Assembly (NCBI GenBank): GCA_963555815.3
Contig: CAUVWX020000002.1
Span: 352,001 to 416,000, forward strand
DNA from: a bacterium
GTDB lineage: Bacteria; UBA8248; JACPRG01; G963555815
Direction of reading: 5' to 3'
Length of the DNA stretch: 64,000 nt
Shown here piece by piece: positions 1 to 10,062 of the stretch. The first letter of the stretch is position 1. Each line of letters starts with the position of its first letter. Position numbers and translations under genes: made by a program. Below the pieces are notes generated by a model, which saw only the letters and a program-made list of their open reading frames with translations, made no database searches and was not told where the DNA came from.

Positions 1-149
1 TCGTTAAAACCCCTTCGCATCTCGGCGAGTCCCTGTCGGACCATTGTGTAGCCGTCCTCCAAAGTCCGACTCCCAACAGCTTGCTTACGGTTACGCTCCG
101 GTACCCCGCAACGTTCATTCAGGAACCACCGGTCCACACCCCATAACGG

Positions 150-632
150 TCACCCGATTCGCGCCCGCGGCGCAGTCGACCACAGCGACGATGACCTTCT
201 GAGCGGGGCGCTCGCCGGCAGTCCATTCCCAAGACGCGGATTATCGTGACCAGCAGCCCTCTCGGGTCTGGATGCTCCGCTTCTCCCGGTTCGACCTCTC
301 ACGTTCTGCCCGTCGTCACGGTATTCTGGCCCAGCAATATGCGCCTCATCGTGATCTGAGGGAGAAGTGGCCTCAGTCAGATGTTTTTCTACATCCTTAC
401 CGAAGCCGATGAGGCTCATCTCGAAGTTCTTTGGCTCTGTCTTCTTAATCTGCCAGATGTTGAAGTAGACGAAGCTCATGGTAAGCATATGGTAGGCGAG
501 AAAAGCGAACTGGCACTTGCCGTAGGTGTAGTTGGTCTTGAAGGCGTCCCACAGGAAATCGACGTACTCCCGCTCTGTCGGGGTCTTGAAGGAGAGCGGC
601 AGGTAGTCACTTAGTTCGGTGGCTTCTTCCAC
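150..632 (-). pseudogene. Hypothetical protein downstream of hsdMS; first ~90 codons look genuine, then the frame runs into unrelated sequence near 358
   Basis: GTG at 632 lies 4 nt after the natural hsdMS stop. The N-terminus (MEEATELSDYLPLSFK...YHMLTMSFVYFNIWQIK) is protein-like; after ATSP it becomes Arg/Gly/Pro/Ser-rich, like shadow-frame sequence. Confidence 0.45.
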
Positions 633-635
633 GGC

Positions 636-3164
636 TCATGCCTTCAGCGTATCCGGCTTGGTTTTCTCCCACACCCGCCCGATGGCCGCGCTGATTTTCT
701 TCTTGAAGCGTTCGATTAGTTCGCGGTTGGCGTTGACGAGGGCTTGCTCGGCTTCGATCTCGGTGACGATTTCCTTCTGCACTTCCAGGGGTGGGAGGGG
801 GATTTGGAATTGACGGATGTCCGATGATTTGATACTTGCTTAGTTTACAGCACGTTGTGCCAAATTTTTTGCCTTTTCAATGAAAATGTTACTTTTCATG
901 ACCCATAGTGCGAAAAATGGTTCAATACGATTTTGCTTAGGACGCAAACAAACTAAGCTAATTCCATGCACGACGGGTACGGTGGACTGAGTGAAGATCG
1001 CTGTTTTAGCCAGATGGGCCTCACTATTGATGTGACTGAATAGGATGTCGCCAGTCTGCATAAAGCGATCATCTGGAACGTCATCGTCGGTCCATTTTGT
1101 TTTTGACAAGTCAACTTTTCCATCGGCAATCGTCTGAATCCTAGTCACTTTGAAACGACCTTGCCGATCTATCTGGTTGACGTTGTAGCCGTTTCGTATT
1201 GATTCGCAAACCCTCCCTAACGCCACCATCGGCCATTCAGGATCAACCGCGATATTCGGGCGGTAGTTGTCGATGACGGCGCGGGCGCCGTCGATGACTT
1301 TCTGGCAGCCCTCGATCTCGGCGACAATCTCCTTCTGCACTTCCAGAGGGGGTAGGGGAATTTCAAGCTTTTTGATGTCGTCTTTATTGATTGATGCAAA
1401 CACTGCTCCCGTGTTACCAGTTATCTCACCTGCCAAGCTCCGCAGAACGTAGAAGGCATAAGTTGTGAGCAATTGGTTCGTTTCGGGCCTTATGGCGGAA
1501 AGGCCGCGGCCAATGCAGATTCGTTCAGTCGCCAGATTGACCGGACCAACCGGAGCACGCACCGACATGAGAATATCGCCTTCCTGGGCAAATCTCTGAG
1601 GATCGGTAGTCCATTTTGTTGGTTCCCCGATCCATAATTGACCAAACTCAGTTTTACCCTGATAGAAGGGCGCGCCAATGCCTGTATCGTTGTAAGACTT
1701 TCCGGCTGGTGACTGTCCGGCAATAACTTCTGCAACTTTGCCCAATGGCACTATGGGAAAGTGCGATGTGTGGATGCCATTTTCCCGATACCGCTCCCCG
1801 CTGAGGTTGTAGTCACCGTTCGCGGCGATCTTTTCCTTTTCCACGATGAGGGCGGCCCCTCGCTCGATGAGGCTTCCCAACATGGATGGACAGGATGAAC
1901 GGGATTCCTTCTTATCCTGAATATCCTGCGCATCCATGTTCATGTATTCCTTCACGCTCCGCGCTGTGTCCGGCAGGTCGTTCCTGTCAATCTCCCGCCG
2001 CTGGGCTCCCAGATCGAAGCCGTCGTTCTCGACCTTGAAGAACGCGATGCGGCCGGTCTTTTTCGCGAGCGGCTTGTCGAGGATGAGAATGGAAGTCTTC
2101 ACGCCCGAATAGGGGTTGAACACGCCCGCAGGTAACGAAATCACGGCAACCAGATACTCCTCTACCAGCATTTTGCGAAGCTGCTTGTGGGCGTTCTGGC
2201 TCTGGAAGATGATGCCCTCGGGCACGATGATCCCGGCGCGGCCGGAAGGCGTCAGATGCTCGGCCATGTAGTCCACGAACAGTACCTCGCTCCGCTTGGA
2301 CTGCACCGAGAAGCGGTTGTGCGGGCGGATCCCGCCCTTCGGTGACATGAACGGCGGGTTCGCCAGAATCACGTCCGCGTATTCGTTCCAGCGCTCCTCG
2401 CTGGTCAGTGTGTCGTACTCAATGATGTGCGGATCAGTGAAGCCGTGCAGATACATGTTTACCAGCGACAGACGCACCATGTCCGGCGAAATGTCGTAGC
2501 CCTTGAAGTTCTCCGCCAACCGGCTCTTGTCGTCCGGCGTCAGCGTAATGTTGCCCTGTGGGTCGGAGTTGGCCGCAAGAATGTGCTTGTAGGAGGAAAT
2601 CAGGAACCCGCTGGTACCACAGGCCGGGTCGAGCACCATCTCGTCCTTCTTCGGTTCAACGACGGCGACGATGAAGTCGATGATATGGCGCGGAGTGCGG
2701 AACTGGCCAGCATCCCCCTGCGATCCGAGTACGGATAGAAGATACTCGAAGGCGTCACCCAGGCGTTCGGAGTGATCGTAGGTGAATTCGTCAATGGCCT
2801 TTAGGAAGGCGCGCAGGGTTTCCGGGTCGCGATAGGGCAGGTAGGCGTTGTTGAAGATGTCGCGAAACAGCGGTGGGATACCGGGGTTTGCCGGCATCTT
2901 GGTGATGGCTTCAGCATAGAGGCTCAGAGTTTCGTGTCCGCCCAGGCCAGACCTCATCAGTTTGGCCCATCCATAGCGGGCGAACTCGCCGGAGAAGAAG
3001 CTCCGCTCGCCGCCGAATTCCTCGCTTTCCGCGTCGATGTCGTCCATGAACTTGTAGATCAGCGCGATGGTGATCTGCTCGACCTGGTTCTTGGGGTCGG
3101 GCACCTTACCGACCAGGATATCGCGGGCGGTGTCGATGCGGCGCTTGGTGTCTCTATCCAGCAT
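636..3164 (-). pseudogene. hsdM: Type I R-M fused methyltransferase-specificity subunit (HsdM-HsdS) with a premature in-frame TAA at 840-842
   Basis: MTase motifs DPACGTSGF and NPPF, followed by two TRDs each ending in IPLPPLEVQKEIV. After AQRAVN-TAA the same frame continues ASIKSSDIRQFQIPLPPLEVQKEIVTEIEAEQ... to TGA at 636-638. Confidence 0.88.
1879..1940. repeat. 62-bp imperfect palindrome (27-bp arms, 8-nt loop) inside the hsdMS reading frame
   Basis: AACATGGATGGACAGGATGAACGGGAT (1879-1905) matches the reverse complement of 1914-1940 (AACATGGATGCGCAGGATATTCAGGAT) at 21 of 27 positions. Confidence 0.8.
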
Positions 3165-3176
3165 GGGGCTTCCTCT

Positions 3177-5714
3177 CTAGGGGTACGGATCAAACTGGCT
3201 CAGGGAAATGTAATCCTTGACGTAGTCCGGAATGAGGTCACGATACTTCTCCGGCACCTCGCTGAAATTGGCGAGAGATAAGGTCGGGTTCGTGGCGAGT
3301 TCGGCGTATCGCCTCTCGTCGATGATGACGCGAATCCGGTCGCTCGTAACATACGCCTCGAAGTAGCTCTTCATGGCCGGGATGGCGCCGGCCTCCTCGG
3401 GTTTATGATCGGCGATGAACTTGGCGAATTCCTCCTCCAGCAGATCGCGTCTGGACTTGAAATGGGGAATGAGGTCGAAGACCCTCTCCAGAATCTCGCG
3501 CAATGTGACGCGGCGGTCCACCGCGGCGGCCTTGCGCAGCTTCTTGAGGGTGTAGTATTCCTCGGGCTTGTCGAAGACCTCGCGGTTGACGTAATCGATG
3601 ACGCGATCCCACTGACCGGCCATCATTGCTTCGGTGATGGTTTCGTCCTGGCGCACGGCGTCCCCGAATTTCTCGAAGAGCATCCGGTCGATCTTCATCC
3701 CCTCGTAACCCACGGTCTCTTCGCGTACCGAGGCGATGATGTCGGCGCCCAGGTGCTCGTAGGTGCCATCGAACTCAACCGGCCCAGTGTCGCCATCGCC
3801 ACTGCTCCGAACTCGGGGCCAGGGCAATTTCAAAACCTCGTCGTAGTTGAACTCCGTTTCGAAATACTCGCAATTGCCAAAGAAATCGAGGAGTTTGAAT
3901 GCGGTTTTCTGCGGTTCGACGATTTGCTCTTTGATGCTGTCATCGAAAAGTTCATCCGGGAAGTTGTGCTTGCGGGTGCCGCGCCCTTTGATCTGGACAA
4001 AATCAGTGGGAGAAAAGATGGGCCGAAACAAACCGATATTCAGAAGATCGGTGCAGTCGTAACCAGTGGTCATCATGCCCACCGTCACGCAGACGCGGGC
4101 CTTGCTCGTCCGGTAGCCGTCCAGGAAGTTGGCCGATCCGCGCAGGTTGTTGTTGGCGAAGTTGACAGTGAACTTCTGTGCATCTGCGATCTGCGATGTA
4201 ACCTGCACCGCGAAATCGGACTGGTACTTGCCGGGGAACATTCTGTCGGCGATCTGGTTGAATATCTGCGCCAGCTTGGCCGCGTGGCTCTGGCTCACGG
4301 CGAAGACAATGGATTTGCCGATCTCGCTGCTGATCGGGTCACGAAGAGAATTTTCGAGAAAAGTCTTGCAAAAGAGCTGGTTGGTGGCTTCGGAGTAAAA
4401 GCGCTTCTCGAACTCGCGCTGTTTGTAAGCTTCCTCTTGATTCTCGCCTGAATCATCGGTGAACGAGACGACAAACCCCTCCTCGGAGAGAAGTTGAGTG
4501 GTTATGTTCGTCCTGGCATCGACGACGGTCGGGTTGATCAGAAAACCGTCTTTCACACCATCGATCAGCGAATAGCGGAAGGTGGGCTCTCCGCTTTCGC
4601 AGCCGAAGGTGCGATAGGTATCGAGCAAGAGGCGCCGTTCAGCATCACGCGGGTTGCGGATCGCGGCGCCGGTCTCGCTGGCGCCCTTCAAATAGTCGCG
4701 GGGCGTTGCAGTCAACCCGAGCTTGTAGCCCACGAAGAAGTCGAACACCGCGCGGGCGTTGCCGCCAATCGAACGGTGAGCTTCGTCGGAGATCACAAGG
4801 TCGAAATCCGTCGGCGAAAAAAGTTGCTGGTACTTGTTGTTGAACAAAAGCGATTGGACGGTTGTGACGACGATTTCGGCGCGCCGCCAGTCGTCACGGC
4901 TCTCCTTATAGATGACCGTCTGGAAGTCGGCCGAAAGCAAGATGTTGAATACCTTGTAGGCCTGATCTTCCAATTCCAGCCGGTCGACCAGGAAGAGCAC
5001 ACGGCTGGCATTGCCCGAGCGCAGGAACAACTTGATGATGGCGGCGGCGGTAAGCGTCTTTCCGGTGCCAGTGGCCATCTCGAACAGAAAACGGTCATGG
5101 CCGTCCTTGGCCGCCCGTTGCAGTGCACGGATCGCTTTGAGCTGATAGGCACGCAGAAATCGCAGTTTGTTGGACTGAATGAAACCCGGGCGCTCGCCCT
5201 CGTTCTTCCAAGCTGTTTCAGAAGCATAGTTCGGCCGCTGGGTGACAACGATATAGTCGTCGCCGACCCGCTCCCCGATCAGGCGCTGCGGGCTGGGCGT
5301 GACCTTCCGGTAGTCGGATACCGAGTCCGGCGACGGGAACGCGGTGATGATGGAAGGGTTGCCGCGCTCCAAATCCCAAAAGTAGTGCAAATTGCCGTTC
5401 GACAGGATCACAAAGCGGCAATTCTGCGAGCGGGCGTATTTGCGGGCCTGTTCCTTGCCGACAAGCGGGTTCTTGTCCTCTGACTTGACCTCCAAAACGA
5501 TGTGGGGAAATCCCTTGGCGTCGAGAAGCAGGAAGTCGATGTATCCTTTGGAGGTCTTCTCGAAGTCGTTGCCCAGTGCATCGAGGTCGGAAGTTTTAAC
5601 CATGACGTTTAATTCCAGGCAGATGTTGGCGGACTTGCCCTCCTCGGCGAAGAAACGCCAGCCAGCCGCTTCGAGCAGCTTGTTGATCTTGATCCGCGCG
5701 GTCGCTTCGTTCAT
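3177..5714 (-). CDS. hsdR: Type I restriction endonuclease subunit R
   Basis: 845 aa. N-terminal PD-(D/E)XK-like IDFLL...VLEVK; Walker A MATGTGKT; DEAH box; motif VI QIKGRGTR; directly upstream of hsdMS. Confidence 0.93.
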   Translation of the reverse strand: MNEATARIKINKLLEAAGWRFFAEEGKSANICLELNVMVKTSDLDALGNDFEKTSKGYIDFLLLDAKGFPHIVLEVKSEDKNPLVGKEQARKYARSQNCRFVILSNGNLHYFWDLERGNPSIITAFPSPDSVSDYRKVTPSPQRLIGERVGDDYIVVTQRPNYASETAWKNEGERPGFIQSNKLRFLRAYQLKAIRALQRAAKDGHDRFLFEMATGTGKTLTAAAIIKLFLRSGNASRVLFLVDRLELEDQAYKVFNILLSADFQTVIYKESRDDWRRAEIVVTTVQSLLFNNKYQQLFSPTDFDLVISDEAHRSIGGNARAVFDFFVGYKLGLTATPRDYLKGASETGAAIRNPRDAERRLLLDTYRTFGCESGEPTFRYSLIDGVKDGFLINPTVVDARTNITTQLLSEEGFVVSFTDDSGENQEEAYKQREFEKRFYSEATNQLFCKTFLENSLRDPISSEIGKSIVFAVSQSHAAKLAQIFNQIADRMFPGKYQSDFAVQVTSQIADAQKFTVNFANNNLRGSANFLDGYRTSKARVCVTVGMMTTGYDCTDLLNIGLFRPIFSPTDFVQIKGRGTRKHNFPDELFDDSIKEQIVEPQKTAFKLLDFFGNCEYFETEFNYDEVLKLPWPRVRSSGDGDTGPVEFDGTYEHLGADIIASVREETVGYEGMKIDRMLFEKFGDAVRQDETITEAMMAGQWDRVIDYVNREVFDKPEEYYTLKKLRKAAAVDRRVTLREILERVFDLIPHFKSRRDLLEEEFAKFIADHKPEEAGAIPAMKSYFEAYVTSDRIRVIIDERRYAELATNPTLSLANFSEVPEKYRDLIPDYVKDYISLSQFDPYP

Positions 5715-5879
5715 GGGGACTTAGTCTCTTTGCCGACGTCTTGAGGTGAAATTGACGCTTATTGCAATGCCTTTTCCCCCATGAACGAGCCTTTTGTTGC
5801 AATCCACCCTAGCGAACGGACTGGACCTTGAGGTGAAATCCCTCGCGTTCCTGAAGGCAGGCACTCGATCCCTTCCTTG

Positions 5880-6225
5880 AGCAGTTCCTCGCGGAAGGCC
5901 GGGGCAGCTCCCCCACGGCCTGTTCGATCTGATCCACGGTGATCTTCTGCAAAAGCTCTTCCTCAGGGGTTTCGGACCAGATGGACCAGATAAGGGATGG
6001 CTTCCGGTTCCAGATCCCCTCGAGGATTGGCTTCTTCCAGAGAGATGTGCTGACGATCCCGCTCCTGGGATCGTCAGCGGTTGAGAAAGGCGTTTTTCAG
6101 GATCTTATAGAGCCAGGCGCGGCAGTTCGTCCCCCGCTCAAATTGATGGAAGAAGCGAAAGGCCCTGATGTATGCCTCCTGGGCAAGGTCTTCAAATTCT
6201 CGCCTTCGCCGGCCTTTCAGAGCCA
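5880..6225 (-). pseudogene. Decayed ECF sigma-70 factor
   Basis: The minus strand reads [41 protein letters not shown] (region 2; TGA at 6074-6076). After a frameshift it reads ETPEEELLQKITVDQIEQAVGELP (entry into region 4). No intact start or end. Confidence 0.75.
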
Positions 6226-6250
6226 CTGGTCAACCCCTGAGCTAGAAAAT

Positions 6251-7486
6251 CTAAAAGCCTTCAAGGTGGACCGGCGAGAGGATCTGTGCCATCACCGTTT
6301 CCCCCGCCTTCAGTTGGTCCACACCTGCCGGCACGATGAGTAAAGCGTTCATTTTGAAGGAAGGGGCACCAGGCTCCCGGGGCACCGCCTCATATCCCCC
6401 CTCCCCTTCGATGATTCGTCCACGGACAAAGTTTGTCAGCCCCTTTCTCATTTTAACCCGAACATCCGTCCGCAGACGGACCTGCCTCACATAGGGGCCC
6501 GGATGCTGGTGGCCGCTCATGCACCGAAGGGCCGGCCGGATGAATTGTTCAAAACAGATGGCGGCGGCCGAAGGGTTTCCCGACACATTGAACAGAAGGG
6601 CGCGATCAAGACGCCCCAGGGCTGAATAGGTCCCGGGCTGCATGGCAACGTCTTTGAAAATCATTTCGGCCCCCGCCTGCCGCATGGCAGGGGCCACCAG
6701 ATCTTTATCACCCTTTCCGGTTCCCCCGGTGATGATCACCAGATCAGCCGAAGCACTTTGTTGGATGCGCTCTACAATGGCCTCCATGCGGTCTTCGGCA
6801 ACGCCCATCCGGACGGAGATCCCCCCTCCCTCCAGGACCAGGGCCCCCATGTAGTAATTAATAGAACAGAAGAACTGGCCCTCCTTGAGGGCCGAAATTT
6901 CCCATCGCCCATCCTCCGGCTCGACGATCTCATCTCCCGTCGAGAGCACCGCAACCCGGGGTCGAAGGCCCACCTTCACGTGGGTGTGACCGAGGGTGGC
7001 AAGGGCCTCTATGTGGACCGGATGAATCTCTTCCCCTCGTTTCAGGATCACCTGCCCTTTCTTGATCTCGGCCCCTGCCCGGCGGATGCAATACCCCGGG
7101 CTCACGGGCGAAGACACCCTGAGCTGCCCCCCCTCCCCTTTTCCCTCTTCAAGTGGGAGGACGGAGTCGGCCCCTGGTGGAAGGAGGGCCCCCGTCATAA
7201 TACGAGCGGCCTCCCCAGCTCCAAGGGGTGCCCCAGGGGCGCCCCCTGCGGTCAGGGTCGCGCTCAGCGGAAGGGACACGGGGGACTCGGGCTTGGCAGA
7301 GGAGACGTCAGAGGATCTGAGGGCGAAGCCATCCATGGCGGATTTGTCCCAGCGAGGATGGGGGAGAGAGGCCGCCACCTCCTCGCCGCTGGGTCGGCCG
7401 AGGGTGCGCAGGACTTCCACCTTCTCCCAGCCCAGATACGCCGCCTCCCTCAGGGCCTGCGAGCGCGCCTCTTCAACAGATATCAC
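6251..7486 (-). CDS. moeA: Molybdopterin molybdotransferase MoeA
   Basis: SAMDGFA, IMTGA, VAVLSTGDE, ITGGTGKGDKD and GNP motifs. Start placed at GTG 7486, after GAAGGAGG. Confidence 0.92.
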   Translation of the reverse strand: MISVEEARSQALREAAYLGWEKVEVLRTLGRPSGEEVAASLPHPRWDKSAMDGFALRSSDVSSAKPESPVSLPLSATLTAGGAPGAPLGAGEAARIMTGALLPPGADSVLPLEEGKGEGGQLRVSSPVSPGYCIRRAGAEIKKGQVILKRGEEIHPVHIEALATLGHTHVKVGLRPRVAVLSTGDEIVEPEDGRWEISALKEGQFFCSINYYMGALVLEGGGISVRMGVAEDRMEAIVERIQQSASADLVIITGGTGKGDKDLVAPAMRQAGAEMIFKDVAMQPGTYSALGRLDRALLFNVSGNPSAAAICFEQFIRPALRCMSGHQHPGPYVRQVRLRTDVRVKMRKGLTNFVRGRIIEGEGGYEAVPREPGAPSFKMNALLIVPAGVDQLKAGETVMAQILSPVHLEGF

Positions 7487-7664
7487 AACCGCCCCTCCTT
7501 CACTGGCCGATAAATCCAACAGGATATCTTCGTATCAAGTGGGATATGTTGTCCAGCCCTTAGATGTCTCACGATTTGTCAAAGCCAATTTCTAAAGGCT
7601 GACCACGAGGCCCACACGTGATATAAAGCAAGACGGTTCTTGTGATTCGTGAGGAGAAGGACCG

Positions 7665-9989
7665 GTGAAGAGCCCCATCTTCCTCAGTGCCCTCGCCTTC
7701 ATGGTGGGGATCCTCCTCGGCGCCCCCGGGGTCTCAGATTCTGCCCACCGGGAGGGTCACCCTCCTTGGGGAAATCGATGAGCCCATCGAACGGGGCAGA
7801 AATCGAAGTCGGATCTACCTTCGGATGGAGAGGGCCCTGGTGGGGACTGAAGATTTCCCTCTGAAGGGCCGTGTCCGAATCACCATCTACGAGTCCGGGT
7901 CGCCTTTTCGCTACGGGGACCGGGTCAAGATCCACAGGGTCCGCCTCCACCGCCCGAAAGGATATGGGAATCCAGGGGCCTTCGACATAGAGAGCTACAT
8001 GTGGACCCGGGGGATTGTGGCCCTGGGCTGGGTTGGGCGGTGGGACCGCGTGGAACATCTGGGGTCGGGTCGTCTCATCTTCCCCCTTGGCCAGCTCTAT
8101 CAGCTCCGGGACCGGCTCCTTCAAGCCATCGACGAGGGCCTCCCGTCACCTTATGCCCCCCTGATGAACGGCCTGCTCTTCGGGGAGCGGCGGGCGATCC
8201 CCCGGGAGGTCCAGGATGCGTTCTATCGCTCCGGCACAGGACACCTGATGGCCATCTCCGGCCTCCACGTGGGCTTTGTGGCATTTTTCTTCTTCAGCCT
8301 CCTCAAGCGCCTCACCAGACGCCTCCCGCGTCGGCTTTGGGCGCGGGCCTCCGACCTCTTGACACCGGATGCCCTGGCGGCCTCCCTGACCATCCCCCTG
8401 GTCCTGGCCTACATGGTGATTGCCCGATATCCGGTCTCCGCCATCCGGGCCACTGTGATGATCACTGTTTATCTGGTCGCGCGGCTCCTTCAGAGGGACC
8501 GTGACCTCTTTGGAGCCCTTGGCACCGCCGCCCTCCTCATTCTTCTCTGGCAACCCCTCTATCTGTTCGACGTGGGTTTTCAGTTCTCCTTTCTCTATGT
8601 CCTTTGCATTGTGACGGTGAGCCAATATCTAAAACCGCTCAGACACGTCTGGGGTTTCGTCCGGATCACCGTCCTGATCTCACTTGCCGTGGTGCCCCTG
8701 ATTGCTCTTTATTTCCACCGTGTGACGATGTACGGGGTTTTGGCCAATCTGGTCATGGTCCCCCTCGCCTCACTCCTCATCCCCACGGGTCTTGTGGCCG
8801 CGACACTGTCGACCGTGGCCGGATGGGCCAACCCCTTCTTTTTTGCTCTTACCCAAGGTTTGTCTTGGCTTCTTCTCACAGTCGGCCAGTGGGTTTCCTC
8901 TCTTCCCTATGCCGCCCCCTCGATCCCCCCACCCTCCCCTCTGTCCGTCCTTGCGATTTACGGCGTGGCGCTCTCCCTGATGTTCTTCAAAAAAAAGGGG
9001 GGCTCGTCCCGAGAATCGTCCTCATCCTCGGCGTGGCCGTCCTGGCGGGTTCTCTTCTCTTCCCCAGGCCGGTCGGGACAAAAGGGCAGCTTCGTGTCGT
9101 CTTCTTGGACGTGGGAGACGCAGACTCCATTTTCATCCGCTTCCCGAATGGCGATACCATGCTGGTGGATGCGGGGGGATTGCCGGGTGGGTCCTTTGAT
9201 GTCGGGAACTCAGTGGTCGCGCCCTTCCTCAGAAGTCAAGGTGTCAGGCGGCTGGACTATCTTGTCCTCACTCATTCCCACCACGACCACGCGGGGGGCC
9301 TGGCTTCCATCCTTCGGCAATTCGAGGTCGGGGAGTTCTAGGACAGCGGGATTCCCCCGGATTCGGGAGCCCACCTGGAAGCCCTGGCTGAGGTGCGAAG
9401 GCAGGGGATTCGCCACCGGACAGTGGGGCAGGGAGATACCCTGAGGGGGGCCACTTACCGGGTCGAGGTGCTCCACCCCCTCAAGGACCCTCCCGGGCCG
9501 AACTCCCGCACCAACCCCCTGTCTCACAATGACAGTTCTCTTGTCCTCCGGATTCTTCACGGCAGGGTCAAAATTCTCCTCACGGGGGACCTGGAGCGGG
9601 CGGGCGAGAGGGCGCTCCTCCGGTCAGGAGAACCTCTGGAGGCCCAAATCCTGAAGGTCCCCCACCACGGGGGGCGGACTTCCAGCTCCTTGGGGTTTTT
9701 GAGCCGCGTAGGCCCCGAGGTGGCTATCCTCTCGGCCGGCAAGCCCTGGATCGGCCACCCCTCGCCTTTCGTCCTCTCCAGGTATCAAGAGATCGGGTCT
9801 TCCCTGTTCAGAACCGACGAGGATGGCGCAGTGGAGCTCTTGTCGGACGGCGAGGGCTACCGGGTCCGGTCCCATCTTCGAGGGGAGAGAACGCACCGGG
9901 GATTCCTCCTCAAGAGAAAGAGTCTTTCGCTTCCCGAGCTCTCCTCTCCTTTAGCAAGCCCCCTGGCTCGCGTTGACTTCGCCAGATGA
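7665..9989 (+). pseudogene. comEC: DNA uptake competence protein ComEC/Rec2, disrupted at three sites
   Basis: Contains GHLMAISGLHVG, FLDVGDADS, LTHSHHDHAGG, NDSSLV, LLTGD and KVPHHG. Lesions: frame break after the N-terminal helix (~7725), frameshift at A8G6 (8989-9002), and TAG at 9339-9341 (F*DSG where FWDSG is expected). Confidence 0.88.
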
Positions 9990-10000
9990 TAGACTAAACT
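9973..10000 (+). promoter_or_regulatory. Putative sigma-70 promoter for hisS
   Basis: TTGACT-16 nt-TAAACT about 60 nt before the hisS ATG. Confidence 0.45.
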
Positions 10001-10062
10001 GATTTTTCTTTTGCGCTTGCGAGGTTTTTCGGTCTCGACGTTCAAAGGTCGACTCAAAACCC

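Noticed and set aside
1..150. Possible IS end and transposase start (minus-strand GGAGG-ATG at 44, MVRQGLAEMRRGFN)
   Set aside because: Only 14 codons are visible and no terminal inverted repeat can be confirmed within the window.
3405..5483. Long '+' ORFs (348 and 329 aa) opposite hsdR, and similar antisense ORFs throughout the window
   Set aside because: Shadow frames of GC-rich genes, with no motifs or independent RBS.
5939..6343. 134-aa '+' ORF
   Set aside because: It is the antisense of the ECF sigma remnant and overlaps the 3' end of moeA.
840..9341. Stop-codon recoding as an explanation for in-frame stops (TAA in hsdS, TGA in the sigma remnant, TAG in comEC)
   Set aside because: Three different stop codons are involved, all three terminate normal genes here, and the affected genes are accessory. 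Point mutation is simpler.
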